Positions 30,301-43,400 of a stretch of DNA of 64,000 nucleotides are shown one piece after another (within the stretch, counting starts at the first letter, position 1; every line of letters starts with the position of its first letter). The notes beneath the pieces are model-generated. The model was not told the DNA's origin and did no database searches. It saw nothing but the letters and a program-made list of their open reading frames with translations. The stretch lies in contig OY762825.2 in the NCBI GenBank assembly GCA_963666425.2, positions 2,368,001-2,432,000 of the forward strand, read 5' to 3'. The DNA comes from Bacillota bacterium (GTDB taxonomy: Bacteria > Bacillota > JAAYKD01). The position numbers and the translations under genes are program-made.

Positions 30301-33300
30301 ATACCTGCAGTTGCTGTGTTTTGGGCTGAAGTGACTGCAGCAAGGTCCAGAGCCGCATCGATCGCTGTATCACCGGCTGTTTTGAAGCCGGTTAAGGCAA
30401 TCCAATTGGCAAGTGTATAATTCGCTTCGGTATAGGTGGCTAAGGCAGTCGTCAGCACACCGTGTGCGGTTACTTTGGCAGCAGCCAATGTTTGAGCAAT
30501 CGTCTCTACTCCAGTCATACCTGCAGTTGCTGTGTTTTGGGCTGAAGTGACTGCAGCAAGGTCCAGAGCCGCATCGATCGCTGTATCACCGGCTGTTTTG
30601 AAGCCGGTTAAGGCAATCCAATTGGCAAGTGTATAATTCGCTTCGGTATAGGTGGCTAAGGCAGTCGTCAGCACACCGTGTGCGGTTACTTTGGCAGCAG
30701 CCAATGTTTGAGCAATCGTCTCTACTCCAGTCATTCCTGCAGTTGCTGTGTTTTGGGCTGAAGTGACTGCAGCAAGATTCAGAGCCGCATCGATCGCTGT
30801 ATCACCAGTTGTTTTGAAGCCGGTCAAGACAATCCAATTGGCAAGTGTATAATTCGCTTCGGTATAGGTGGCTAAGGCAGTCGTCAGCACACCGTGTGCG
30901 GTTACTTTGGCAGCAGCCAATGTTTGAGCAATCGTCTCTACTCCAGTCATTCCTGCAGTTGCTGTGTTTTGGGCTGAAGTGACTGCAGCAAGATTCAGAG
31001 CCGCATTGATCGCTGTATCACCAGTTGTTTTGAAGCCGGTCAAGACAATCCAATTGGCAAGTGTATAATTCGCTTCGGTATAGGTGGCTAAGGCAGTCGT
31101 CAGCACACCGTGTGCGGTTACTTTGGCAGCAGCCAACGTTTGAGCAATCGTCTCTACTCCAACCATAGCGGAGGTTGTTGTGTTTTGGGTTGAAGTGACT
31201 GCAGCAAGGTCCAGAGCCGCATCGATCGCTGTATCGCCGGCTGTTTTGAAGCCGGTCAAGACAATCCAATTGGCAGGCGTATAATTCGCTTCTGTATAGG
31301 TGGCTAAGGCAGTCGTCAGCACACCGTGTGCGGTTACTTTGGCAGCAGCCAACGTTTGAGCAATCGTCTCTACTCCAACCATAGCGGAGGTTGTTGTGTT
31401 TTGGGTTGAAGTGACTGCAGCAAGGTCCAGAGCCGCATCGATCGCTGTATCGCCGGCTGTTTTGAAGCCGGTCAAGACAATCCAATTGGCAGGCGTATAA
31501 TTCGCTTCTGTATAGGTGGCTAAGGCAGTCGTCAGCACACCGTGTGCGGTTGTTTTTGCCGCCGCTAAGGTTGCTGCGATGGTTTCGACGCCAGTCATAC
31601 CTGCAGTTGCTGTGTTTTGGGCTGAAGTGACTGCAGCAAGGTCCAGAGCCGCATCGATCGCTGTATCACCGGCTGTTTTGAATCCGGTTAAGGCAATCCA
31701 ATTGGCAAGTGTATAATTCGCTTCGGTATAGGTGGCTAAGGCAGTCGTTAGCACACCGTGTGCGGTTACTTTGGCAGCAGCCAATGTTTGAGCAATCGTC
31801 TCTACTCCAGTCATTCCTGCAGTTGCTGTGTTTTGGGCTGAAGTGACTGCAGCAAGGTCCAGAGCCGCATCGATCGCTGTATCACCGGCTGTTTTGAATC
31901 CGGTCAAGACAATCCAATTGGCCGGTATATAGTTCGCTTCGGTATAGGTAGTTAAGGCAGTCGTCAGCACACCGTGTGCGGTTGTTTTTGCCGCCGCTAA
32001 AGTATTTGTGGGTGGTTCAGCAGGTGGCGAGGTTGTCGTTTTTTTCACTACTCCAGCCATGCCGGAGGTAGCTGCGTTTTTTGCAGAGGTAATCGCAGTG
32101 AGATCCAAAGCAGAGTCGATTGCTGCATCGCCTTCATCTTTGAATCCTGTTAAGGCAGCCCAATTGGCTGGAGTGTAATTTGCTTCGGTATAGTTGGCTA
32201 AGGCATTCGCCAGCATATCATGAGCTGTTGTTTTCGCAGCAGCTAAGGTATCAGTTAAGACTGATGCAACTGTTACAGATGAACCTGCAACTACCGGTGC
32301 GTTGCCTGCTAGGACACCGTTTGTACCGAATGCGGCTGTTACAATTGCGCCGGGTACTGTAACAATCGTATTGTTTGCATTGGCTTCAACAGAGCCGAGT
32401 TCACCTTGACCGCTAATGCTTGAGCCTAGGCCATTTACGATGATTTTCACAATAGCAGAACTGGAATTTTCTATCACATTCGAATTTTCACCATCAATCG
32501 TGACCAGATGAATCACTGCGTTATTCGCAGTAACGGTGATCCCTGAAGCTAGAATTGAAATATTACCAAAATATCCTTCGAGTAATATATCGTCATAACC
32601 ATCTGCGATCACATCTCCGATTTGGGTTCCATCCTCAGTATAAACTCTAACTACACCATCTACACGGGCGATAGTGATATTTTGAAGAACAGAATCACCA
32701 AGAATCTTAATGGAATTCACGCCACCACCACGAATCAATGTTCTGCCAGTTACAACAACATGATCAAGAATAACTTCTCCATCACCAACGCCATCACCGA
32801 TAATCAGATCACCTGTAATTGTTATATTTTTAAGAGTAATCCCTGTTTCGTTAATCATAACATTACCATTGTAATTTGTTGTATATGTGCCTGGCGTTTT
32901 CAGGTAGGTCTTCAAAAGATTATCCATCATTGAGGCAAACTCTGCTCTCGTGATGTACTGCGCCGGATGGATTGCTCCGTTATTACCAACAATATATCCT
33001 CCAGCAATAAGAGATGCCACTTCATCGATAGCCCATTCACTAAGCATAGCTTTATCTGAAAACACGTTAAGAACACTCGTGTTTGCTCCAGATAGTCTAA
33101 ATGCTCGTGCAAGGACGACAAAAGCTTCTTCACGCGTAATATTATTCTCTGGATTCAACTTGTCTCCAGCACCGACAAAAGTTTTCATTTGTACAGCCTT
33201 TGCCATATCATCATAATACCATGCATCTGTTAATACATCAGAGTAACTGCTCAAAGAAGCTTTCTCTTTTGTTCCGAAGGCTCGGTTGACAACCGCCGCC

Positions 33301-33515
33301 ATTTGAGCTCGAGTTAGGTAGGCTTGCGGCATAATTTTGTCATTACCGAATCCTTCTAGAAGCCCATTCACTACAGCATTTTCAAGTGCGGTTGTGGACC
33401 AATTATCTGGCATATCTGTGAATTCAAAAGCGAGTGCTGATGTGGGAAACATAACAAGAATCATAGCCAGTGCTAAAATCAAGGTTATGATTTTTCTTTT
33501 CATCTTTTGAAACAT
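27339..33515 (-). CDS. 2058-aa cell-surface protein: signal peptide, N-terminal SLH domains, 72-aa repeats, Ig-like domains
   Basis: Signal peptide ending ALA. SLH motifs LTRAQMA, ITREEA and ITRAEF. Big_3/Big_2-like segments. Confidence 0.9.
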   Translation of the reverse strand: MFQKMKRKIITLILALAMILVMFPTSALAFEFTDMPDNWSTTALENAVVNGLLEGFGNDKIMPQAYLTRAQMAAVVNRAFGTKEKASLSSYSDVLTDAWYYDDMAKAVQMKTFVGAGDKLNPENNITREEAFVVLARAFRLSGANTSVLNVFSDKAMLSEWAIDEVASLIAGGYIVGNNGAIHPAQYITRAEFASMMDNLLKTYLKTPGTYTTNYNGNVMINETGITLKNITITGDLIIGDGVGDGEVILDHVVVTGRTLIRGGGVNSIKILGDSVLQNITIARVDGVVRVYTEDGTQIGDVIADGYDDILLEGYFGNISILASGITVTANNAVIHLVTIDGENSNVIENSSSAIVKIIVNGLGSSISGQGELGSVEANANNTIVTVPGAIVTAAFGTNGVLAGNAPVVAGSSVTVASVLTDTLAAAKTTAHDMLANALANYTEANYTPANWAALTGFKDEGDAAIDSALDLTAITSAKNAATSGMAGVVKKTTTSPPAEPPTNTLAAAKTTAHGVLTTALTTYTEANYIPANWIVLTGFKTAGDTAIDAALDLAAVTSAQNTATAGMTGVETIAQTLAAAKVTAHGVLTTALATYTEANYTLANWIALTGFKTAGDTAIDAALDLAAVTSAQNTATAGMTGVETIAATLAAAKTTAHGVLTTALATYTEANYTPANWIVLTGFKTAGDTAIDAALDLAAVTSTQNTTTSAMVGVETIAQTLAAAKVTAHGVLTTALATYTEANYTPANWIVLTGFKTAGDTAIDAALDLAAVTSTQNTTTSAMVGVETIAQTLAAAKVTAHGVLTTALATYTEANYTLANWIVLTGFKTTGDTAINAALNLAAVTSAQNTATAGMTGVETIAQTLAAAKVTAHGVLTTALATYTEANYTLANWIVLTGFKTTGDTAIDAALNLAAVTSAQNTATAGMTGVETIAQTLAAAKVTAHGVLTTALATYTEANYTLANWIALTGFKTAGDTAIDAALDLAAVTSAQNTATAGMTGVETIAQTLAAAKVTAHGVLTTALATYTEANYTLANWIALTGFKTAGDTAIDAALDLAAVTSAQNTATAGMTGVETIAATLAAAKTTAHGVLTTALATYTEANYTPANWIALTGFKTAGDTAIDAALDLAAVTSAQNTATSGMAGVETSVAAVGVATAVSNTSTITYTLTTGAFDAAAGIVINNWTLGGTAASDLGDITSIALSNNNKTATISISGTAWAFTVDYTIAPAQAAFTVDFIAPAAEIISVLDPMAAGNAMATTGTQTISFALTIGTFDSIEGIVVDNWILGGANASDLGIITSISLTNSNKTANLTVSGMVGANTMVYTLTPANAMFATFGYSSPGAVVVSILSDPLAIGEAKALAGRQTITYTLLTGAFDPIDGLIVSNWILGGIAPGELGAVTNVLLSNENKTATLTVAGGSSPTVIAYTTEYTIAPSQATFIAGFIAPSAATITVLDPWFLDTAIAAANEAKVDIIISADGTDVLPRESWVTQAVNDTLDTAISTAVALLTTETSELEFLNAATVLDQATAAYQAAIITVPVTLSSIAITTPATKTTYTINDLLDIKGLVVTGTYNDSHTTVEPITAANITGFNSTSPVIDQSLTITVGGKITTYQINIIKVTLNKTTTSMLLSMTDTLTATILPLDAPNKNVTWAAAGTSNTVSVVNGLVTGLKLGIATVTVTTVDGGIKASCFVTVTNTASILNNFNLGRSMTYMPGLITQFGDAIGLNLPDYSLMNADQKLQVQQTMIDAPSFATLADIKNVFDQAVVSVTFDEINYAAVDTMAAALNNNAAILALDLTSYNLLTAQTQTIVNGYLLLEIYSTGFYTTALDLQTDLDLAVLNTPAAEAALAEINNATAAALGESLVNNAALLGLNLDSYVLYTDQLTVNTSLDSQEFTNSYDLQIAIDTILYDLTVDVLNQINMAAMDTIAAVITDNATAFGLDLTNYNSLSPAGQITVQGYLVYTQYFVSSYNNIAEVHTAFNLAVTNAPAAEAAFAEINAATVDTIDAALTNNAALLGLYLDGYGPFSTNELLITQEFTNSYDLQIAIYGW
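30070..32250 (-). repeat. 10 coding tandem repeats of 216 bp (72 aa)
   Basis: YTEANY..ANW occurs 10 times. Period is 216 bp (e.g. 30221 vs 30437). Confidence 0.92.
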
Positions 33516-34454
33516 GGTTGATTACCTCCATCTTTATTTAACCAATGCGACATTGAAACTTGAAATAGACAATAAGATCCTCTATATGGTAATCACATTT
33601 TATATCATTTCTAGTCATTTGTCAAATTAAGTTATAATAATTCGAATATAGCTAAATAAATTAGATATACCTATTATTTTATTATAAAGAGAAATAGACT
33701 TTTTATAAAATTCCATATACATAAAAATTCTATATCTAACATTATTATATAATAATTGCGGTAAAATCTTAGCAACTCTGAGAAATAAAAGGAATTTCAT
33801 TCATACTGAATAAATACAAAACGGAAAAAATGTTCATTGTATTTTCCGACGATTTACCAGACTTAGTAATTACACTGCTGCATTGGGAATATTGTAAAGC
33901 AACAAGGAAAGAAATTGGGGATGAACTCACGACTATTCTCTTTATTTGGAAATCAGGTATAATTGGAATTCTACTTAAGCAAATTATGTAAAATAAAAGT
34001 ATCCTGATCATTGTTCTTTTTGTAACTTTTGCACGCTTTTATCTTTAATGAATTTCCCACTCAACTCATAATTTCTTAATCTAGGACCGAGTTGGACATA
34101 GTCAATACCAGTTTGATGAATATTAGCGAATCGTATATAAATCTATATGCTGATCTTTCTATTTATAGTGTTCATACGCTTTGCCTGGTATGATTTTCTA
34201 ATTAAGTCCTATTGAGTATTAGATTTATTTTTGAAAATCATAAATAAAGATTATAGAAATTGAAAAAGCATCTAGTCAATGGCATGGATCTCCAATTGCA
34301 GTCTCTTAACTTACTAGCTATTTTACAAATTTATTATAATGATTATCCTATTTTGTAAAGGTATTTTGTAACTATTGTTGAATAAATTAAGTAAGAATTC
34401 TTGTTTGACTTAGCGGTTCTTTTAATCAACGCGAACGAAGAGGAGATGGATAAT

Positions 34455-37400
34455 ATGAAATTCAATAGAAGATACAAAAGGATCTTATTGATTGTAACCT
34501 TAGCATTGGTTTTGCTTTTTCAACCTGGCTCTGCGATAGCCGCCAGAACGACTATTGCGATTGATAATACAATTTCTGACTGGGCAGGGGTAGGTACTTC
34601 AGCATCGGACCCGGTTGGTGATGTCAACGGGGTTGGTCCTAATGACTTAATTCGTATATGGGTTACGAATGACGAGACTAATATGTACGTTCGATGGGAT
34701 ATTGATATGACGGGCAAAGCAACGAGTATCAAGAGTAGTGCTTATGGATTAGCGATTGATAAAGATTTGAACGGGGTTGCCGATTCCTTTGCATGGGTCG
34801 CGTTTGATTCACAAGGAGTTATTTCCGCTTCAATTGAAAATGTAACAACAGGGGTTACAACGACTTTGAGTCCATCTGCCACTTACGTTACTCAGATTAA
34901 TACCGGTTCCGCTAAAACAGTGACTTCTGTAGAATCTAAGTTCCCCTTTGTCAGCCTGGCAATTCCAGCAACCTCTTCAGCGCTTCTATGGGCTGAAACC
35001 CATTCCAGTCCGGTTTCAACTTCTGTCGTTAAAGACAGAGCTCCTGACGGTGGCAATTTCAACATGAATTTCACGGATGGAAATTGGGTTCCCAATGGTA
35101 CGGGTATGGTTTTAGATATTAGTAAAGGAACGAACCGAAGCAATGTACCCAGCGGTTCACAAGTCACTTATACAATTCAGATTAGGAATACCGGTTCGGC
35201 AGCAGGAGCGATATCCAGTTTAGTGGATACCCTTCCAGCTGGCTTTACTTATGTCGCAGGATCTTCCTCAGGCATTACTTCCAACAATCCGACCATTAGC
35301 ACAACTGCAGGGACACAAACACTGACATGGATTCTCTCTCCATCTATACCTGCCGGGTCATCGGTAACCCAGACTTTTACTGCTGCTGCAAGCAGCACTT
35401 TGGGAACGTATTATAACAATGCAACTGTTATGTATTCCAGCCTGTCATTGCAGACCGGAGATACAGCGAAGGTCACGGTAGTGGCCAATAGTACACCGGT
35501 GATGTCGAGCAACTCGAATAATACTTCGCAAACCATCGCAGAAGGCAGCGGTTTGTCAGCCATTACAGCAACAGACGCGGATTTAGATACTCTTGTCTAC
35601 ACAAAAACTTCAGGTACGTTACCGGCAGGTATTACTTTGAATAGTAATGGCAGTTTCAGCGGAACAGCTAGCTATACATCTGCGGGGTCTTACCCAGTAG
35701 TCATTACAGTTACGGACGGTAATGGCGGCTCGACTTTTACAAATTTGGCGATAACAGTAACCGATGTTAATAGTGCACCCTCGTATACGGGCGCTGCAGC
35801 CAATACCGCGCAAACAATTGCTGAGGGAAGCGGCTTGACAGCGTTGGCAGCAGCCGATCCGGATGGCACAACCTTAACTTATACACTAACAACGGGCAGT
35901 TTACCGGCTGGCATTAATCTGAATGCCAACGGAACTTTCAGCGGAACCGCAAGCTACGATACAGCCGGATCTTCTCCTTATAGTGTCACCATCACAGCTT
36001 CTGACGGCAGCTTGACAGCAGCTACCAATTTAGTAATTACGGTCAACAATACCAATCGTGCACCATCGTATACAGGTGCTGCAGCCAATACCGCGCAGAC
36101 AATTGCTGAGGGGAGCGGCTTGACAGCGTTGGCAGCAGCTGATCCGGATGGTACGACCTTAACTTATACGTTAACAACGGGCAGTTTGCCGGCTGGCATT
36201 ACGCTGAATGCTAATGGAACTTTCAGCGAAACCGCAAGCTACGATGCAGCCGGATCTTCTCCTTACAGTGTTACCATCACGGCTTCCGATGGCAGTTTGA
36301 CAGCAGCTACCAATTTAGCAATTACGGTCAACAATACCAACCGCGCACCGGAATTCACAGGCGCTGCAACCAATACCGCGCAGACAATTGCTGAAGGAAG
36401 CGGCTTGACAGCGTTGGCAGCAGCCGATCCAGATGGCACAACCTTAACTTATACGTTAACAGCGGGCAGTTTACCGGCTGGCATTAATCTGAATGCCAAC
36501 GGAACTTTCAGCGGAACCGCAAGCTACGATGCAGCCGGATCTTCTCCTTACAATGTTACCATCACGGCTTCCGATGGCAGTTTGACAGCAGCTACCAATT
36601 TAGCAATTACGGTCAACAATACCAACCGCGAACCGGAATTTACAGGCGCTGCAGCCAATACCGTACAGACAATTGCTGAAGGAAGCGGCTTGACAGCGTT
36701 GGCAGCAGCCGATCCGGATGGCACGACCTTAACTTATACGTTAACAGCGGGCAGTTTACCGGCTGGCATTAATCTGAATGCCAACGGAACTTTCAGCGGA
36801 ACCGCAAGCTACGATGCAGCCGGATCTTCTCCTTACAATGTTACCATCACGGCTTCCGATGGCAGTTTGACAGCAGCTACCAATTTAGCAATTACGGTCA
36901 ACAATACCAACCGCGAACCGGAATTCACAGGCGCTGCAGCCAATACCGCGCAGACAATTGCTGAAGGAAGCGGCTTGACAGCGTTGGCAGCAGCCGATCC
37001 GGATGGCACGACCTTAACTTATACGTTAACAGCGGGCAGTTTACCGGCTGGCATTAATCTGAATGCCAACGGAACTTTCAGCGGAACCGCAAGCTACGAT
37101 GCAGCCGGATCTTCTCCTTACAATGTTACCATCACGGCTTCCGATGGCAGTTTGACAGCAGCTACCAATTTAGCAATTACGGTCAACAATACCAACCGCG
37201 AACCGGAATTCACAGGCGCTGCAGCCAATACCGCGCAGACAATTGCTGAAGGAAGCGGCTTGACAGCGTTGGCAGCAGCCGATCCGGACAGTGATACCTT
37301 GACCTACAGTTTAACCAGTGGGACTTTGCCAATCGGTATCACTTTTAATGCAGATGGAACTTTTACCGGAGCAACAAGTCCTGGTTCTAGCGGAACTTTT

Positions 37401-40400
37401 CCGCTGATGTTCTCCGTCAGTGATGGTACCATGACAGATACAACAACATTAAACCTGACTGTAAGCAATACCAACCACGCGCCGGAATTCACAGGTGCTG
37501 CAACCAATACCGCACAGACAATTGCTGAGGGAAGCGGCTTGACAGCGTTGGCAGCAGCTGATCCGGATGGTACGACCTTAACTTATACACTAACAACGGG
37601 CAGTTTGCCGGCTGGCATTACGCTGAATGCTAATGGAACTTTCAGCGGGACCGCAAGCTACGATGCAGCTGGATCTTCCCCTTACAGTGTCACTATCACG
37701 GCTTCCGATGGCAGCTTGACAGCAGCTACCAATTTAGTAATTACGGTCAACAATACCAACCGCGCACCATCGTATACAGGCGCTGCGACTAATACTGCGC
37801 AGACAATTGCTGAAGGAAGCGGCTTGACAGCGTTGGCAGCAGCCGATCCGGACAGTGATACCTTGATCTACAGTGTAACCTCCGGCAGCTTACCGAGTGG
37901 CGTAACGTTAAACAACAATGGAACTTTCAGCAGCAGCGCAAGCTACACCGCAGCAGGCGACTACCCGATTGAGATCACGGTTTCAGACGGTAAAGGCGGC
38001 ACAGATACAACCAGCCTGACGATTACAGTCAGCGATGTCGACCGCGACCCGATTTTCACAGGCGATGCAACCAACACCGCGCAGACAATAGCGGAAGGTG
38101 CAGCACCGGCAGCCTTAGCAGCCACCGACGATGCTGACGAAACACTCAGTTACAGCCTAACCTCCGGCAGCTTACCGAGCGGCGTAACGCTAAACAACAA
38201 TGGAACTTTCAGCGGCAGCACAAGCTACACCGCAGCAGGCGACTACCCGGTTGTGATTACAGTTTCAGACGGCAAAGGCGGCACAGATACAACTAATCTG
38301 ACTATTACGGTCAGCGATGTTAATAGAGATCCGATCTTCACCGCAGCAGCAACAAACACTGCGCAGACAATAGCGGAAGGTGCAGCACCGGCGGCCTTAG
38401 CAGCCACCGACGATGCCGACGAGACGCTCAGCTATAGTGTAACCTCCGGCAGCCTGCCGAGCGGCGTAACGTTAAACAACAATGGAACTTTCAGCGGCAG
38501 CCCAAGCTACACCGCAGCAGGCAGTTATCCGGTTGAGATCACAGTTTCAGACAGCAAAGGCGGCAGCGATACGACCAACCTGACGATTACAGTCAGCGAT
38601 GTTAACAGAGATCCGATCTTCACCGCAGCGTTAACTAACACCGCACAGACGATTGCAGAAGGTGCAGCACCGGCAGCCTTAGCGGCCACCGACGATGCTG
38701 ACGAAACACTCAGTTACAGCGTAACCTCCGGCAGCTTACCGAGCGGCGTAACGCTAAACAACAATGGAACTTTCAGCGGCAGCGTAAGTTACACCGCAGC
38801 AGGCGACTACCCGGTTGTGATTACAGTTTCAGACGGCAAAGGCGGCACAGATACAACTAATCTGACTATTACGGTCAGCGATGTTAACAGAGATCCGATC
38901 TTCACCGCAGCAGCAACAAACACCGCGCAGACGATTGCTGAAGGTGCAGCACCGGCAGCCTTAGCAGCCACCGACGATGCCGACGAAACACTCAGTTACA
39001 GCGTAACCTCCGGCAGTTTACCGAGCGGCGTAACGTTAAACAGCAATGGAACTTTCAGCGGCAGCGCAAGCTACACCGCAGCAGGCGACTATCCGGTTGT
39101 GATTACAGTTTCAGATGGCAAAGGCGGCACAGATACGACCAACCTGACAATTACGGTCAGCGATGTTAACCGCGACCCGATTTTCACAGGCGCTGCAACC
39201 AACACCGCGCAGACAATAGCGGAAGGTGCAGCACCGGCAGCCTTAGCAGCCACCGACGATGCTGACGAAACACTCAGTTACAGCCTAACCTCCGGCAGCT
39301 TACCGAGCGGATTAACACTCAATGCCAATGGCAGCTTCAGCGGCAGCGCAAGCTACATCGCAGCAGGCGACTACCCGGTTGTGATTACAGTTTCAGATGG
39401 CAAAGGCGGCAGCGATACGACCAACCTGACAATTACAGTCAGCGACGTCAACCGTGACCCGATCTTTACAGGCGCTGCAACCAACACCACACAAACAATT
39501 GCGGAAGGTGCAACACCGGCAGCACTCGCGGCAACGGACGATGCCGACGAAACACTCAGTTACAGCGTAACTTCCGGCAGCTTACCAAGTGGATTGACAC
39601 TCAATGCCAACGGCAGCTTCAGCGGCAGCGCAAGCTACATCGCAGCAGGCGACTACCCGGTTGTGATTACAGTTTCAGATGGCAAAGGCGGCAGCGATAC
39701 GACCAACCTGACAATTACAGTCAGCGACGTCAACCGTGACCCGATCTTTACAGGCGCTGCAACCAACACCACACAAACAATTGCGGAAGGTGCAACACCG
39801 GCAGCACTCGCGGCAACGGACGATGCCGACGAAACACTCAGTTACAGCGTAACTTCCGGCAGCTTACCAAGTGGATTGACACTCAATGCCAACGGCAGCT
39901 TCAGCGGCACAGCAAGCTACACCGCAGCAGGCGACTATCCGGTTGTGATCACAGTTTCAGACGGCAAAGGCGGCAGCGATACGACCAACCTGACGATTAC
40001 AGTCAGCGATGTCAATCGTGATCCGGTCTTCACCGCTGCTCTAACCAATACCGCGCAGACAATAGCGGAAGGTGCTGCACCGGCAGCACTCGCGGCAACG
40101 GATGATGCTGACGAAACACTCAGTTACAGCGTAACCTCCGGCAGCTTGCCGAGCGGATTAACACTCAATGCCAACGGCAGTTTCAGCGGCAGCACAAGCT
40201 ACACCGCAGCAGGTAACTACCCGATTGAGATCACAGTTTCAGACGGCAAAGGCGGCACAGACACCACCAACCTGACAATTACAGTCAGCGATGTCAATCG
40301 TGATCCGATCTTCACCGCAGCTGCAACCAATACCACACAGACGATTGCGGAAGGTGCAGCACCGGCAGCCTTAGCAGCCACCGACGATGCTGACGAAACA

Positions 40401-43400
40401 CTCAGTTACAGCGTAACCTCCGGCAGTTTACCGAGCGGCGTAACGTTAAACAGCAATGGAACTTTCAGCGGCAGCGCAAGCTACACCGCGGCAGGCAGTT
40501 ATCCGGTTGAGATCACAGTTTCAGACAGCAAAGGCGGCACAGATACAACTAATCTGACTATTACGGTCAGCGATGTTAACCGCGACCCAATCTTCACCGC
40601 AGCGTTAACCAACACCGCACAGACGATTGCGGAAGGTGCAGCACCGGCAGCGCTCGCAGCCACCGACGATGCAGACGAAACGCTTAGCTACAGTGTAACT
40701 TCCGGCAGCTTGCCGAGCGGATTAACACTCAATGCCAACGGCAGTTTCAGCGGCAGCACAAGCTACACCGCAGCAGGCGACTACCCGGTTGTGATTACAG
40801 TTTCAGACGGCAAAGGCGGCACAGATACAACTAATCTGACTATTACGGTCAGCGATGTTAACCGAGATCCGGCTTTCACCGCCGCTGCAATCAATACTGC
40901 ACAAACAATTGCGGAAGGCACTGCGCCGGCAGCCTTAGCGGCCACCGACGATGCTGACGAAACACTCAGTTACAGCGTAACCTCCGGCAGCTTACCGAGC
41001 GGATTAACACTCAATGCCAATGGCAGCTTCAGCGGCAACGCAAGTTACACCGCAGCAGGCGACTACCCGGTTGTGATTACAGTTTCAGACGGCAAAGGCG
41101 GCAGTGATACGACTAACCTGACGATTACAGTCAGTGACGTTAACCGCGCCCCGATCTTTACAAGCGCTGTAACTAACACTGCACAGACGATAGCGGAAGG
41201 TGCAGCACCGGCAGCCTTAATTGCAACGGATGACGCGGACGAGACACTAAGCTACAGTGTAACCTCCGGCAGCCTGCCGAGCGGACTGACGTTGAACAGC
41301 AACGGCAGCTTCAGCGGCAGCGCAAGCTACACCGCAGCAGGCGACTACCCGGTTGTGATCACAGTTTCAGACGGCAAAGGCGGCACAGATTCGACTAACC
41401 TGACGATTACGGTTAGCGATGTCAACCGCGACCCAATCTTCACAGGCGCTGTAACTAACACTACACAGACGATTGCGGAAGGCGGCACACCGGCAGCACC
41501 CGCGGCAACGGATGATGCTGACGAAACGCTTAGCTACAGCGTAACCTCCGGCAGCTTGCCGAGCGGATTAACACTCAATGCCAACGGCAGCTTCAGCGGC
41601 AGCGCAAGCTACACCGCAGCGGGTGACTACCCGATTGAAATCACGGTTTCTGACGGCAAAGGCGGCACAGATACGACCAACCTGACAATTACAGTCAGCG
41701 ATGTCAATCGTGACCCGATCTTTACCGCAGTTGCAACAAACACCGCGCAGACAATAGCGGAAGGCACAGCACCGGCAGCGCTCGCAGCCACCGATGACGC
41801 AGACGAAACGCTTAGCTACAGTGTAACTTCCGGCAGCTTGCCGAGCGGATTAACACTCAATGCCAACGGCAGTTTCAGCGGCAGCACAAGCTACACCGCA
41901 GCAGGCGACTACCCGGTTGTGATTACAGTTTCAGACGGCAAAGGCGGCACAGATACAACTAATCTGACTATTACGGTCAGCGATGTTAACCGAGATCCGG
42001 GTTTCACCGCCGCTGCAATCAATACTGCACAAACAATTGCGGAAGGCACTGCGCCGGCAGCCTTAGCGGCCACCGACGATGCTGACGAGACACTAAGCTA
42101 CAGTGTAACCTCCGGAAACTTACCAAGTGGATTGACACTCAATACCAATGGCAGCTTCAGCGGCAGCGCAAGCTACACCGCAGCAGGCGACTACCCGGTT
42201 GTGATCACAGTTTCAGACGGCAAAGGCGGCACAGACACCACCAACCTGACGATTACGGTCAGCGATGTCAACCGCGACCCGATCTTTACAGGCGCTGTAA
42301 CTAACACCACACAAACAATTGCGGAAGGTGCAGCACCGGCAGCCTTAGCAGCCACCGACGATGCTGACGAAACGCTCAGCAACAGCGTAACCTCCGGCAG
42401 TTTACCGAGCGGATTAACACTCAATGCCAACGGCAGTTTCAGCGGCAGCACAAGCTACACCGCAGCGGGTGACTACCCAATTGAGATTACAGTTTCAGAC
42501 GGCAAAGGCGGCACAGATACAACTAATCTGACAATTACGGTCAGCGATGTTAACAGAGATCCGATCTTCACCGCAGCAGCAACAAACACCGCGCAGACGA
42601 TTGCTGAAGGTGCAGCACCGGCCGCGCTCGCAGCCACCGATGACGCTGACGAAACGTTTAGCTACAGTGTAACTTCCGGCAGCTTACCGAGCGGCGTAAC
42701 GTTAAACAACAATGGAACTTTCAGCGGCACAGCAAGTTATATTTCGTCCGGCAGTTACCCGGTTGTGATCACAGTTTCAGACGGCAAAGGCGGCACAGAC
42801 ACCACCAACCTGACAATTACAGTCAGCGACGTCAACCGCGACCCGATCTTCACAGGCGCTGTAACTAACACTGCACAGACGATTGCAGAAGGTGCAGCAC
42901 CGGCAGCACTCGCGGCAACGGATGATGCTGACGAAACGCTTAGCTACAGCGTAACTTCCGGCAGCTTACCAAGTGGATTGACACTCAATGCCAACGGCAG
43001 CTTCAGCGGCACAGCAAGCTACACCTCATCCGGCAGTTATCCGGTTGAGATCACAGTTTCAGACGGCAAAGGCGGCACAGATACGACCAACCTGACAATT
43101 ACAGTCAGCGATGTCAATCGTGATCCTATCTTCACCGCAGCTGCAACCAATACTGCGCAGACAATAGCGGAAGGCACAGCACCGGCAGCGCTCGCAGCCA
43201 CCGATGACGCTGACGAAACGCTTAGCTACAGCGTAACCTCCGGCAGCTTACCGAGCGGATTAACACTCAATGCCAACGGCAGCTTCAGCGGCAGCGCAAG
43301 CTACACCGCAGCAGGCGACTACCCGGTTGTGATTACAGTTTCAGACGGCAAAGGCGGCAGTGATACGACTAACCTGACGATTACAGTCAGCGATGTCAAT

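Noticed and set aside
33516-34454. c-di-GMP riboswitch or invertible switch between the adhesin genes
   Set aside because: No GEMM-like consensus, long inverted repeats or recombinase recognised by eye.
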